Below, one piece after another: positions 27,308-37,133 of a DNA stretch of 64,000 nucleotides. Numbering within the stretch: position 1 is the stretch's first letter; each line of letters begins with the position of its first letter. The notes under the pieces are model-generated. The model ran no database searches. It saw only the letters and a list, made by a program, of their open reading frames with translations, and had not been told where the DNA came from. Made by a program: the position numbers and the translations under genes. This DNA is from a virus (Duplodnaviria; Caudoviricetes), in the IMG/VR virus record IMGVR_UViG_3300043775_000410, positions 1-64,000 of that record, one strand, 5' to 3'.

Positions 27308-27619
27308 ATGAGTGATTTCAAAATAACTAAGATGGATCGTAGACATACTGGTCACGAACTGTTTAATCATTATATAAATTATAATGTTTATGTTCGACGT
27401 GGGTTTAGTAATATATCATCCAACGAATTAAATTTTCTCAAACACCGTGTTTGGTTTTGGGAGAAGTTTGGTCCAAGTGCCGAACTTGGTAAGTGTCATC
27501 GAATAAACAGTCTTACCCACCAAACCCCAAAGTGGGCCTGGCAAACTGAACACAATCTATTAAGAATCTATGTAACAGAAGAAGCATTGGCATTCTTTAC
27601 CTTGGCACACAGCACTTGA
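27308..27619 (+). CDS. Hypothetical protein inserted between the AAA and VWA genes
   Basis: 103-aa ORF; its stop codon lies in the -35 box of the next promoter. Confidence 0.65.
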   Translation: MSDFKITKMDRRHTGHELFNHYINYNVYVRRGFSNISSNELNFLKHRVWFWEKFGPSAELGKCHRINSLTHQTPKWAWQTEHNLLRIYVTEEALAFFTLAHST

Positions 27620-27644
27620 CAAACACTACATTTGAATGTATAAT
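27616..27644 (+). promoter_or_regulatory. Consensus sigma70 early promoter of the VWA gene
   Basis: TTGACA-17 nt-TATAAT. Confidence 0.8.
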
Positions 27645-27675
27645 AGCTGTTATAGTAAACAATTAGGAGCAGATA

Positions 27676-28941
27676 ATGGCAACAGCAACAACTAGCGCAG
27701 AAAAGAAAAAAGTTGTAACAGTAACAGACGCACGTATTGATGCGGCTGTACGTGAAAAACTTATTACGGCACGTATTGCGCTATTGCTTAAAGCGCCGTT
27801 TTTTGGTAACTTAGCAACACGCTTAAAATTAGTTAACGCTGATGAGTGGTGTAGTACTGCGGCTACAGACGGACGTAATTTTTACTATAACAGTGAATTT
27901 GTAAACAAACTGCCACAGAAACAAGTGGAGTTTTTAGTTGGGCATGAAGTGTTGCATGTAGTTTACGATCACATGGGACGTAGACAAGATAGAGATGCGC
28001 AATTGTATAACGTTGCGGCAGACTATTGTGTTAATGCTGATTTAATTAACAGCAAGATCGGTGAGAAAATTACAAGTGTGCCGATTTTGTATGATAAAAA
28101 ATACGCAGGTTTGAGCTCGGAAGAAGTGTATGACTTACTGTATGAAAATGCTGAAAAAATTAACGTTAATGATTTGCTTAAACAATTGTTAGACGAGCAT
28201 TTAGATGACGGCGATGACGACAGCGAAGAAGGTGAAGGCGAGGGTGAAGGCGGACGTCCGGGTAAGATGACTGCTGAAGAAAAGAAAGCATTGCGTGACG
28301 AAATACGTGAAGCTGTACTACAAGCGGCAGAAGCTGCAGGTGCAGGTAATTTGCCAATGGGTGTTAAACGTTTGATTAACAAGCTAACAAACCCACAACT
28401 AAACTGGCGTGAACTAATTAGACAACAGGTACAGAGTTTAGTACGTGCTGACTTTACTTGGGCACGTATGAATAGAAAAGGACAACATTTAGATGCAATT
28501 TTGCCAGGTAGCAACTTTGCAGAAACAATTGACGTTAGTGTTAGTATTGATGCGTCGGGCAGTATGAGTGAAGGTATGTTGCGTGATATCTTAAGTGAAG
28601 TTAAAGGTATTATGGAGGCGTTTGACGACTTTAAACTTGATGTATGGTCATTTGATACAGATGTTTATGGTTACGAAAAATTCACGCCAGACAACATTGA
28701 CGACATTGACACTTACGAATTACAAGGTGGCGGCGGCACAGACTTTGAATGTAACTGGGAATTTATGCGTGAAAATGAAATTGCGCCAAAATTGTTTATT
28801 ATGTTTACAGATGGTTACCCAGGTGGTGGTTGGGGTGACGAGAGTTACGCAGACACATTATTTGTAATACACGGTACTACTAGTATTGAAGCACCATTTG
28901 GTATTACAGCTTATTATGATTTATCAAAAGGATCCAATTAA
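27676..28941 (+). CDS. DUF2201-type metallopeptidase + VWA domain protein (MoxR partner)
   Basis: TAATDG, HEVLH (HExxH), MIDAS DASGSMS, GGGGTDF and FTDGY. Confidence 0.9.
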   Translation: MATATTSAEKKKVVTVTDARIDAAVREKLITARIALLLKAPFFGNLATRLKLVNADEWCSTAATDGRNFYYNSEFVNKLPQKQVEFLVGHEVLHVVYDHMGRRQDRDAQLYNVAADYCVNADLINSKIGEKITSVPILYDKKYAGLSSEEVYDLLYENAEKINVNDLLKQLLDEHLDDGDDDSEEGEGEGEGGRPGKMTAEEKKALRDEIREAVLQAAEAAGAGNLPMGVKRLINKLTNPQLNWRELIRQQVQSLVRADFTWARMNRKGQHLDAILPGSNFAETIDVSVSIDASGSMSEGMLRDILSEVKGIMEAFDDFKLDVWSFDTDVYGYEKFTPDNIDDIDTYELQGGGGTDFECNWEFMRENEIAPKLFIMFTDGYPGGGWGDESYADTLFVIHGTTSIEAPFGITAYYDLSKGSN

Positions 28942-29276
28942 TGTCAGTATATCAAAGTTTTAGTTATAGTCCTACAGAGTTAGCAGAGCAAATGTCTAGT
29001 GCTACACACGACACACTTGCTTATCTATGGAAGTACAAATACATCACCACCGAACAGTATAATGAATTGTCAGGTAAAATAATGGTTATGGCTGTGCCAA
29101 ACCGTAAAGGGTTTGGTAAGAAATTGTTAGAATACTTCTTTGGTGATAATAAAGAAGAGAATTCTTGGGTTTTTCCTATTGTGGAAGTAGCAACCCACTA
29201 TAGACCTGCTACTCCAGAAAAGCCAAAGAATGTAACTCGACTTAAAACCAAACCTAAGTTAGAGGTGGTTGAGTAA
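28941..29276 (+). CDS. Hypothetical protein
   Basis: TAATG-coupled 111-aa ORF. Confidence 0.7.
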   Translation: MSVYQSFSYSPTELAEQMSSATHDTLAYLWKYKYITTEQYNELSGKIMVMAVPNRKGFGKKLLEYFFGDNKEENSWVFPIVEVATHYRPATPEKPKNVTRLKTKPKLEVVE

Positions 29277-29722
29277 TGGCCTTAGGTTGGGATGATGTAC
29301 AGCGTATGAAACGTGTAGAAGCTCGAGCAGAAGAGCTTGGGTTTAAGTTTTCTTCTTCAGCTAATTATAACTATGGTGCTAACAACATTATAAGTTATAT
29401 CTGTTTAAAACCTAAGGAAGATTGTTTACCACACTACAGTCGTGATGCCGATATCTTTATAGGTACACTTGAGGAGATCAATACCTGGTTAACTGGCGTT
29501 GAATGGGCTCGCGGCTACGAAGAGATGCTTAAACTTGGCAATGATAAGAAACGTAAGGAAAAAGAACAAGTCGAACGTAATCGGCAATTACTACGCACCA
29601 TTAAAACTGGTCGTGAAGTTAAAGGCACTGTCGGATGTACCAGTGTTGACGAATGGCGCTTGCATCTTGAAGAAGAGTACGATATTGACGACGAAGTTGA
29701 TTACAGTGCAATACCATTTTAG
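29276..29722 (+). CDS. Hypothetical protein
   Basis: TAATG-coupled; acidic C-terminus ending DYSAIPF. Confidence 0.7.
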   Translation: MALGWDDVQRMKRVEARAEELGFKFSSSANYNYGANNIISYICLKPKEDCLPHYSRDADIFIGTLEEINTWLTGVEWARGYEEMLKLGNDKKRKEKEQVERNRQLLRTIKTGREVKGTVGCTSVDEWRLHLEEEYDIDDEVDYSAIPF

Positions 29723-29732
29723 GAAAAATACA

Positions 29733-30206
29733 ATGACAAAAGTAATGACTATGACAAAAATAATTGAATCATTGCCCTATGAATTAAGCGAATGTACACC
29801 CGAACAAGCACCGTGGACTACATTAGTAGAAGAAGACTTTCACATTGCTATTTTTAAAGATGGCTTTCCTGTCAGCTACGGGCACCTGCTGTTTGTGCCT
29901 AAGTATAATACCGTAGATGTGTTAGCCGACGCAGTAGCTGATGCCATTGCGCAAGGACAACGTATGGTTGCCGAAGGTAACTGTGATGGATATAACATTG
30001 GCATTAATGTTGGTGAAGCGGCCGGACAAACAGTTGCTTGGCCACATGTACATATGATTCCTCGACGCACAGGCGATGTCACTGATCCGCGCGGCGGTGT
30101 GCGTAATGTTATTCCTCATTTGGGTAATTACAAGAGTAAAGGATACGGTGATGCCTACGACGAAGTAAATAAATGGTATGGTGGGTTTGATGATGCTAGA
30201 GACTAG
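29733..30206 (+). CDS. HIT-family nucleotide hydrolase
   Basis: FPVSYGHLLFVPK, GYNIGIN and AGQTVAWPHVHMIPR; AGGA RBS before 29733. Confidence 0.9.
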   Translation: MTKVMTMTKIIESLPYELSECTPEQAPWTTLVEEDFHIAIFKDGFPVSYGHLLFVPKYNTVDVLADAVADAIAQGQRMVAEGNCDGYNIGINVGEAAGQTVAWPHVHMIPRRTGDVTDPRGGVRNVIPHLGNYKSKGYGDAYDEVNKWYGGFDDARD

Positions 30207-30210
30207 ATAA

Positions 30211-30501
30211 ATGCTCAAACATAATGAACCCAATCCCTTAAACGTACACGGGCTAAGACAGCTTAGTCATTGCCCGCCTCACTTTACTCCTGTGATATTC
30301 GATCTTGCTGTACAAGATAAAGACCTAGTTGATTGGCTGTATGAAAACTTAGAAGGACGTTTTTATTCTGGACAAATTGACGTTAGACAAGAGTCTGGTG
30401 TTATCGCACGTCAGCAATGTATTGCATTTGAACAATCCTCTGAAGCGAGCTATTTCGCAATTATGCTACCCACAATTAATGAATCAACTATTATGTGGTA
30501 A
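30211..30501 (+). CDS. Hypothetical protein
   Basis: 96-aa ORF. Confidence 0.7.
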   Translation: MLKHNEPNPLNVHGLRQLSHCPPHFTPVIFDLAVQDKDLVDWLYENLEGRFYSGQIDVRQESGVIARQQCIAFEQSSEASYFAIMLPTINESTIMW

Positions 30502-30562
30502 TAAAATATTTCCACCTGTTTAGACCATGGTAAATAAAGTTATCCCAAGGAGAACTTTTTTA

Positions 30563-30814
30563 ATGGCCAAAGCAGAAACAACCGCAACAGAAAATTCAAC
30601 GCCTGTTGAATCTAACGAAACACAACAACCACAAGCCCCAAATTTAACACTACAAGACTTAGTTCTTGTGGCACAAATCATCCAACTTACCTCACAACGC
30701 GGCGCATACAAAGCCGAAGAGTTAGCCAACGTTGGTACGTTATACAATAAATTAATTGCATTTTTAGACAGCGTTGGTGCAATTTCTAAATCAGAAACTG
30801 CTGCACAGGAGTAA
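30563..30814 (+). CDS. Hypothetical protein
   Basis: AAGGAG RBS before ATG 30563 (MAKAETT); QRGAYKAEEL. Confidence 0.75.
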   Translation: MAKAETTATENSTPVESNETQQPQAPNLTLQDLVLVAQIIQLTSQRGAYKAEELANVGTLYNKLIAFLDSVGAISKSETAAQE

Positions 30815-30818
30815 TACT

Positions 30819-31493
30819 ATGATTAAGCACGTAGGCAGACATAATAACAAGCGAGTTGTTATTGCATATAGACAAGTACCAGATGAAGATCACATGTGTT
30901 TAGTGATCTACAGTGAAACATTACCCATGCGTATACATGATGAAGTAATGAAAGTATTAGAAAGCGACATCGGTCAGCAAGCAAACGATTTTGCTGATGC
31001 ACTATTCCGTCATACTATGGCAGATGGTGTTAATTGCTTAAACGCAATTCACCGTGGCGGACTATTATCCAAAGTACCAACTAACCAAGTTATTGTAACT
31101 CCAACTTCAGCTAGTTCAGTACGCTTAGATGAATTAAACACACTATTAAATGAAATTGCCAAAGGCGCAGAAGCTACTGAAAAACTAGCTAAAACAGACG
31201 CAGGACAAAGATGGGAAGGTAGAGATCTAGGCGAACCTGCTAAAACTACAGCGGCAAGTGTTAATACGGATGGCGTGTTGTCTGATGCTGATATTGCAAA
31301 TCAACGTTTAGCACAGGCTACTAAAATGGAAGCAGAAGCTAAGAGTTTGTTAGCAGAAGCAAAACGTTTAAAAGAAGAAGCAAACGCACTAGCACCTAAG
31401 GTAACTAAGGCAAAAGCAACTACAAGTACAACAACTCCTACGAAGAAAACAAATGCCAGAAAACCTACCACAACCAAAAAAGCCGCGGCGTAA
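30819..31493 (+). CDS. Hypothetical protein with Ala/Lys-rich C-terminal tail
   Basis: AGGAG RBS before ATG 30819 (MIKHVGRH); coiled coil plus basic tail. Confidence 0.75.
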   Translation: MIKHVGRHNNKRVVIAYRQVPDEDHMCLVIYSETLPMRIHDEVMKVLESDIGQQANDFADALFRHTMADGVNCLNAIHRGGLLSKVPTNQVIVTPTSASSVRLDELNTLLNEIAKGAEATEKLAKTDAGQRWEGRDLGEPAKTTAASVNTDGVLSDADIANQRLAQATKMEAEAKSLLAEAKRLKEEANALAPKVTKAKATTSTTTPTKKTNARKPTTTKKAAA

Positions 31494-31809
31494 ATCAACC
31501 CCTGGCAAGAAAGTCAACATGAATGTTAAGAAACGTTGGCAAGATATTGTCAGAGACGTTGATAAAAAGGAAGTGCCAGTTACCGTGCTACAGCGTATTA
31601 TTGTTAAGCTCGTTGACGGCACTGACCTTAGTATCGATGTTAAACAATTACTTGAAGACGGGCAAGATCCTGACGACATTGAAGATTTGCTTAATGCTAA
31701 ATTTCACGACCTTGACGAATATATAGAAACTGTTGACTTCTTTATCGACCTCGATAAAGTAGTTGGCGCTGTTCAACCTGAGACCGACAAGGTACTAAAG
31801 AATCTATGA
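31453..31809 (+). CDS. Hypothetical protein
   Basis: 118-aa ORF, ATGA-coupled to DHFR. Confidence 0.7.
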   Translation: MPENLPQPKKPRRKSTPGKKVNMNVKKRWQDIVRDVDKKEVPVTVLQRIIVKLVDGTDLSIDVKQLLEDGQDPDDIEDLLNAKFHDLDEYIETVDFFIDLDKVVGAVQPETDKVLKNL

Positions 31810-32309
31810 TTATATCAATTTTAGCTTCGACTAATACCGGTGGTATTGGTAATCGTGGTACCTTGCCTTGGCCATACAACAAGGAAGATATGAGTTGGTT
31901 TGTTCGACATACTACAGGCAACATTGTAGTCATGGGTCGTAATACCTGGGATGATCCTAAGATGCCCAAACCATTGCCCAATCGTGAAAACTATGTAGTC
32001 AGTAGTCGACACGTAGCACAACAATATCAACACTTGGTTAAATGGATTCCTAGTAACCCTGTAGATAATATCTTACAGATACAGCAGGATAATCCATCCA
32101 AAGATGTGTATGTTATTGGTGGTCAAAAATTATACGAAGCAACAGAAAGTATAGTCGATAGAGTATTGCTTACACGTGTCAAAGGTGCATGGTTCACTGA
32201 CACTCGTGTTCAGTTAGACAGCATGCTGGCTTGTTTTCAAATCAAATCAGTAACACCCGGTAATAATTGCACCTACGAAACGTGGGATCGTGTAATGTTT
32301 TTTAAATAA
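31806..32309 (+). CDS. folA: Dihydrofolate reductase
   Basis: GIGNRGTLPW, EDMSWF, VVMGRNTW, PLPNRENYVVS and VIGG. Confidence 0.95.
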   Translation: MIISILASTNTGGIGNRGTLPWPYNKEDMSWFVRHTTGNIVVMGRNTWDDPKMPKPLPNRENYVVSSRHVAQQYQHLVKWIPSNPVDNILQIQQDNPSKDVYVIGGQKLYEATESIVDRVLLTRVKGAWFTDTRVQLDSMLACFQIKSVTPGNNCTYETWDRVMFFK

Positions 32310-33004
32310 TGAAAATATTAATTGCAGGTGATAGTTGGGGCTGCGGTGAATGGGGTTGGGATTCCAACAAACGTAAATGGAAAGACGGTGATAAACATGA
32401 TGAGTCGTACATTATCACCCATCGTGGACTAGAGTATTATCTAATAGAAATAGGCCACGATGTTACTAATATTTCTTGTGGGGGTGCATCTAATAAAGAA
32501 ATATTAGTAAAACTGCACCGACTAGAGTTACAATGCTACGATCATATTATATGGTTCCAAACTGATCCTATCCGTGATCTTCGCCCGTATAGCGATAAAT
32601 TAGTTGATACGTTTGACAATTTACTTACTAAACAGAATAGTCTAATAGAGAGTACCTACCAAACATTAAATTCGTTTGATAAAAAAATTATATGCTTGGG
32701 CGGATGTAGCAAATTAAATTTAAACTTAATTAAACAATATACAAATTTATCGCCTGTTATTCCTAGCATACCCGAATTGTTAATGCCTACTTTTATTCAT
32801 CCTAAAATTTGGTTTTCGGACTGGATTGATCAATCTTGGCGGCATTTTGATGTTGACAGTTTAGATAATCTAGTATATAATAAAACATTACAAGATTCAA
32901 TTTTTGACAATGAAGAATTATTTTGGCCCGACGGAAGACATCCAAATCGTCATGCCCACCGAAAACTTTTTGAATATTTAATTACACATGAAAATCTATC
33001 TTAA
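32309..33004 (+). CDS. SGNH/GDSL-like protein
   Basis: IAGDSWGCG, GGASN and DGRHPNRHAH. Confidence 0.7.
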   Translation: MKILIAGDSWGCGEWGWDSNKRKWKDGDKHDESYIITHRGLEYYLIEIGHDVTNISCGGASNKEILVKLHRLELQCYDHIIWFQTDPIRDLRPYSDKLVDTFDNLLTKQNSLIESTYQTLNSFDKKIICLGGCSKLNLNLIKQYTNLSPVIPSIPELLMPTFIHPKIWFSDWIDQSWRHFDVDSLDNLVYNKTLQDSIFDNEELFWPDGRHPNRHAHRKLFEYLITHENLS

Positions 33005-33821
33005 CGCATTAAAATTTGTTTTAGAAAACGGCACAATAAGACCAGATCGTACATCAACTGGCACAATTGGCATATTTGGTATGCAACAACGCTATGACTT
33101 GAGCAAGGGCTTTCCGGCCGTGACTACCAAAAAACTAGCGTTCAAAGCCTGTCTCAGTGAGTTGTTGTGGTTTATTGAAGGTTCAGGTGATGAAAATCGC
33201 CTACGAGAGTTATTACATGGTAGTAGGGACTCTGAAAAGAGTACCATCTGGACTGCCAATGCTACAGCAACTTACTGGACACCCAAAGCTAAATTTGCCG
33301 GAGACCTAGGTCGTGTCTATGGTGTACAGTGGCGCGACTTTGGGGGAGTAGACCAACTACTGCAATTAGTAGAAGGCATTAAGCAAGATCCATACGGTCG
33401 TAGACATATCCTGACAGCATGGAATCCAGGCGAGTTAGATCAAATGGCCTTACCTCCATGTCATTGTTTTGCACAGTTTTACGTCAGTGCAGATAATAAG
33501 TTGTCGTGTCAAATGTATCAGCGATCATGCGATATGTTCTTAGGAGTTCCTTTTAACATAGCGTCCTACAGCCTGCTAACGCATATGGTAGCCCAAGTGT
33601 GCGGACTTGGAGTAGGCGAATTCGTTCACGTTCTTGGTGATGCCCACATATATTTGAATCATGTAGATCAGGTAAACGAACAACTGCAACGTGAACCATT
33701 ACCTGCACCACAACTTTGGATTAATCCAGACGTTACTGACATAAATCACTTTACTATGAAGGACTTTGCACTCAATGGCTATGAATCACTCGCAAGCATT
33801 AAAGCACCAATGGCAGTCTAA
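32988..33821 (+). CDS. thyA: Thymidylate synthase
   Basis: DRTSTGT, ELLWF, YGVQWR, ALPPCH, YQRSCDMFLGVPFNIASY, DAHIY; ends APMAV. Confidence 0.97.
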   Translation: MKIYLNALKFVLENGTIRPDRTSTGTIGIFGMQQRYDLSKGFPAVTTKKLAFKACLSELLWFIEGSGDENRLRELLHGSRDSEKSTIWTANATATYWTPKAKFAGDLGRVYGVQWRDFGGVDQLLQLVEGIKQDPYGRRHILTAWNPGELDQMALPPCHCFAQFYVSADNKLSCQMYQRSCDMFLGVPFNIASYSLLTHMVAQVCGLGVGEFVHVLGDAHIYLNHVDQVNEQLQREPLPAPQLWINPDVTDINHFTMKDFALNGYESLASIKAPMAV

Positions 33822-34101
33822 AAAGCCCGATACTCATCGTGTCCGCTTGTATAAAGATGAAATACATTTAAATGAAGTAACTACCATGCATCCAAATCAA
33901 ATATTTTGGCAAGTGGCTAACAAGTTTAAAGAAACTCCACTGGCTAAATGGGTAGATGAAAACGATATAGAAATTAAATGGGCAGAAGATGATCATTATC
34001 TGTCATGGCACAAGGTTATGATGATCTATGCTGATTTAACAGAACGACAATACGTAGATTATAGTCTACGATTTTTTGTACATCAAGCGGAGTGGAAATA
34101 A
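33766..34101 (+). CDS. Hypothetical protein (start uncertain)
   Basis: ORF filling the gap after thyA; TAATG-coupled to the next ORF. Confidence 0.55.
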   Translation: MHSMAMNHSQALKHQWQSKKPDTHRVRLYKDEIHLNEVTTMHPNQIFWQVANKFKETPLAKWVDENDIEIKWAEDDHYLSWHKVMMIYADLTERQYVDYSLRFFVHQAEWK

Positions 34102-34262
34102 TGGCATCACTTAAAGATTTAGTTAAAGCTGCATTAGAAAAGAAACAAGCAGAACAAAACATTACTCATACCGACTTAACTGTTGATACTGGCAAGGGCG
34201 CACCCAAGGGTAAAGTTACTAGTAACAAGCCTACTAAAAAATCAGCGGGCCGCGGTAGATGA
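34101..34262 (+). CDS. 53-aa basic protein
   Basis: MASLKDLVKAALEKKQ...KPTKKSAGRGR*; GGAG RBS; overlaps both neighbours (TAATG, ATGA); not in the ORF track. Confidence 0.7.
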   Translation: MASLKDLVKAALEKKQAEQNITHTDLTVDTGKGAPKGKVTSNKPTKKSAGRGR

Positions 34263-35221
34263 AATATCTTATCACAGGTGGTGCTGGCTTTATTGGGCAC
34301 AATGTTACACGTTTCTTAGAAGCACTAGGTCATGAATGTGTTGTAGTAGACACATTTACTAACTACGGTTTTATCCCTACTGCAGAGATTATATACTTGG
34401 CTGCGCACAGACGCACTCGCTACACCAGCGAAACGTATAAAATTGATATACGTGACCAAACACGATTAAACAGCTTGTTTGCTACTGAACAGCCAGATGT
34501 GATTATTCATATGGCCAGTTTCCCTAGACAAAAAGTAGTAGAACAAGATCCTGCACTAGCCAGTGAAGTTATGACTACTGGCTTGATCAACCTACTAGAA
34601 TTAAGCAAAGAACATAATATTAAAAAGTTTGTCTACATAAGTTCTAGTATGGTATATGGTGACTTTACCTCAGATGTTACAGAATCGGCTCAATGTACTC
34701 CGCAGGGCCAATACGGTATAATGAAATACATGGGCGAGAAACTTGTAGAAGATTACAGTCGACGTGGATGCTTTGAGCATGTGATTATTCGTCCTAGTGC
34801 TGTATATGGTGAGTGGGATGTCGAAGACCGTGTGGTCAGTAAGTTTATGTTAGCGGCTATGCGAGGCCAAACCCTTAAGGTGCATGGTCCGGATGAGGTC
34901 TTAGACTTTACCTATGTAGAGGATACTGCTCAAGGTATTGTATTAGCCGCAACACTTGATAAGGCCAACGGTAACATCTATAATATAACACGTAGTGAGC
35001 AACGTCAATGGACACTCAAGGATGCTGCTGAACTTGCTATTAAAATTGCCGGACAAGGTCAATTAATAGTTGGGCCAAGAGATTTGAGTTTTCCTAAACG
35101 CGGTCAATTAGATATTAGCCGTGCTCAACAAGATTTGGGCTACACGCCCACAGTAGATGTAGAACAAGGGTTTTACAAATATTATAACTGGTTTATTAAT
35201 TCTGAGTATTATAAAATATGA
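34259..35221 (+). CDS. NAD-dependent NDP-sugar epimerase/dehydratase
   Basis: ITGGAGFIG, SSSMVYG, YGIMK (YxxxK) and DFTYVED. Confidence 0.93.
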   Translation: MKYLITGGAGFIGHNVTRFLEALGHECVVVDTFTNYGFIPTAEIIYLAAHRRTRYTSETYKIDIRDQTRLNSLFATEQPDVIIHMASFPRQKVVEQDPALASEVMTTGLINLLELSKEHNIKKFVYISSSMVYGDFTSDVTESAQCTPQGQYGIMKYMGEKLVEDYSRRGCFEHVIIRPSAVYGEWDVEDRVVSKFMLAAMRGQTLKVHGPDEVLDFTYVEDTAQGIVLAATLDKANGNIYNITRSEQRQWTLKDAAELAIKIAGQGQLIVGPRDLSFPKRGQLDISRAQQDLGYTPTVDVEQGFYKYYNWFINSEYYKI

Positions 35222-36273
35222 TTAAATTAAGTGATTTTCATTACGAACGCGAACATAGTTTAGATAAATTATGTGCAGGCACATTAACTAGACAGGACTT
35301 CATTCTTGGAAAAGCAGTGCGCGATTTTGAAAGTAACTTTGCCGCTTATACACAAGCAGAACACGCTGTTGCTGTAGGCAATTGCACAGACGCACTACGA
35401 TTAAGTTTAGATGCAGTAGGTGTTAAGCCCGGCGACAATGTTATTACTGTAGGACTTACTTGGTTAAGCTCATACGAAGTTATTGCTAACTTAGGTGCAG
35501 AGATACGCTTGGTTGATGTTGACCAATATCTAACAATGAACATGGATGATGCATTAAATGCTGTTGATAGTCGTACTAAAGCTATTATCGGAGTTGATCT
35601 GTTTGGTCAACCCTGCGATTGGGATAGAGTTAAATTTCCAGTGGCTACTATCAGTGATGCAGCGCAGGCTACAGGTGCAAAATATAATGATCGCATGGTT
35701 GGTAGTGTCACTGACTTAACCTGCTTTAGTTTCTACCCTACTAAGAATTTAGGCTGTCTTGGTGATGGCGGTGCTGTTACTACTAATAATGCAGACTATG
35801 CTGCCACTATCAAAAAGCTACGCAATCACGGACAAGAAAGTAAGTTTAATGTTAGTCATGTAGGATATAACAGTCGGTTAGATAGCATACAAGCAGAATT
35901 ACTTGATAACAAGTTACCACATTTAGATAAGTGGAACATTCGTCGTAGAGAAATATCTGCGTACTATGATGAACAATTTAAAGATCTATTTGATATTATT
36001 CCGCAACGTCCTAATTCCTACAATGTACGACATCAATATATTGTGTTAAGTGATCAATCAGAAAGAATTGAAGCTGCACTCAAAGCTAACGATATTGAAT
36101 CACGTAGATATTACAGCAATCTTGCATACAAGCAACCTGCATATAATGTTAATGTTTCGTTGCCTAATACAGAATATTACAGTCGAATGAATTTAGCAAT
36201 ACCCACACATCAGTTTCTATTAGACAGCGAAGTTGAATTAATTGCTGACATTGTTAAAAGAGAACTCAAATGA
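35218..36273 (+). CDS. DegT/DnrJ/EryC1/StrS sugar aminotransferase
   Basis: DAAQA, SFYPTKNLGCLGDGG and GYNSRLDSIQA. Confidence 0.93.
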   Translation: MIKLSDFHYEREHSLDKLCAGTLTRQDFILGKAVRDFESNFAAYTQAEHAVAVGNCTDALRLSLDAVGVKPGDNVITVGLTWLSSYEVIANLGAEIRLVDVDQYLTMNMDDALNAVDSRTKAIIGVDLFGQPCDWDRVKFPVATISDAAQATGAKYNDRMVGSVTDLTCFSFYPTKNLGCLGDGGAVTTNNADYAATIKKLRNHGQESKFNVSHVGYNSRLDSIQAELLDNKLPHLDKWNIRRREISAYYDEQFKDLFDIIPQRPNSYNVRHQYIVLSDQSERIEAALKANDIESRRYYSNLAYKQPAYNVNVSLPNTEYYSRMNLAIPTHQFLLDSEVELIADIVKRELK

Positions 36274-37133
36274 AATTAGGCATAGCAGGTGCAGGTTATT
36301 GGGGTAGCAAAATTGTTAATAGTGCTAGTAATCAGGCTATTATTGTTATCATGGATATTAAACACGGTGACAGTTGGCAAAATAAAACATTAGATGCTGT
36401 TATTATTGCTACACCCGCTGATCAACATTATGCAATGACTAAATGGTATCTCGAACAGGGTATTCATGTGCTATGCGAAAAGCCCACCTGTATGAGTGTA
36501 GTAGAACAACAGGAATTAAATGATCTAGCTAGATCACAAAATCTAGTCTATCAAGCAGGACATATTCTTTTATTCCAACCAAACATAGAATATGTGTTAA
36601 ATCTAGTGTCATCTCTAACAGTACGTCATATAGAAAGTCGTCGGCTTAATTGGGGTAGACTACAGACTAATATAGATCTTGCGTGGCATCTTGCTCCGCA
36701 CGATATTAGTGTAATTGACAAGTTGACTAACAGCTTACCAATGGCTATCAATGGAATTGGTTCACATCTGAATAACAGTCCACAATATGATTATGCACAA
36801 TTTGGATTGACATATCCCAACAATTCTGCTACAATAACGTTAGGATGGCATTGGCCCAAGAAGGTTAGAGAATTTGTTATTACCTGCGATGACTGCCAGA
36901 TATGGTTAGATGACACAGAGTTACACATTACCGAAGGTAGTTATGCCAATGGTAATCTTAGTGAAACAAAAATATCAACTGTGAACTTTAGTCCTAAACA
37001 GTCTCCGTTAGAAGCGCAGATTCAAGACTTTATGCGGTGTGTAGACACTGGCAATAGACCTCGAGCAGACATGGATCATATGTTAAGAGTAACACAAACA
37101 GTAGAGTTAATGTCAAGGAAATTAAATGTATAA
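36270..37133 (+). CDS. Gfo/Idh/MocA NAD-dependent oxidoreductase
   Basis: GAGYWG, IATPADQH, HVLCEKP and LAPHDIS. Confidence 0.9.
   Translation: MKLGIAGAGYWGSKIVNSASNQAIIVIMDIKHGDSWQNKTLDAVIIATPADQHYAMTKWYLEQGIHVLCEKPTCMSVVEQQELNDLARSQNLVYQAGHILLFQPNIEYVLNLVSSLTVRHIESRRLNWGRLQTNIDLAWHLAPHDISVIDKLTNSLPMAINGIGSHLNNSPQYDYAQFGLTYPNNSATITLGWHWPKKVREFVITCDDCQIWLDDTELHITEGSYANGNLSETKISTVNFSPKQSPLEAQIQDFMRCVDTGNRPRADMDHMLRVTQTVELMSRKLNV

Noticed and set aside
32988-33821. Thymidylate synthase as a base-modifying dCMP hydroxymethylase
   Set aside because: It has the canonical PFNIASY Asn specifying dUMP, the normal C-terminus, and DHFR and dCMP deaminase partners, so it reads as ordinary ThyA.
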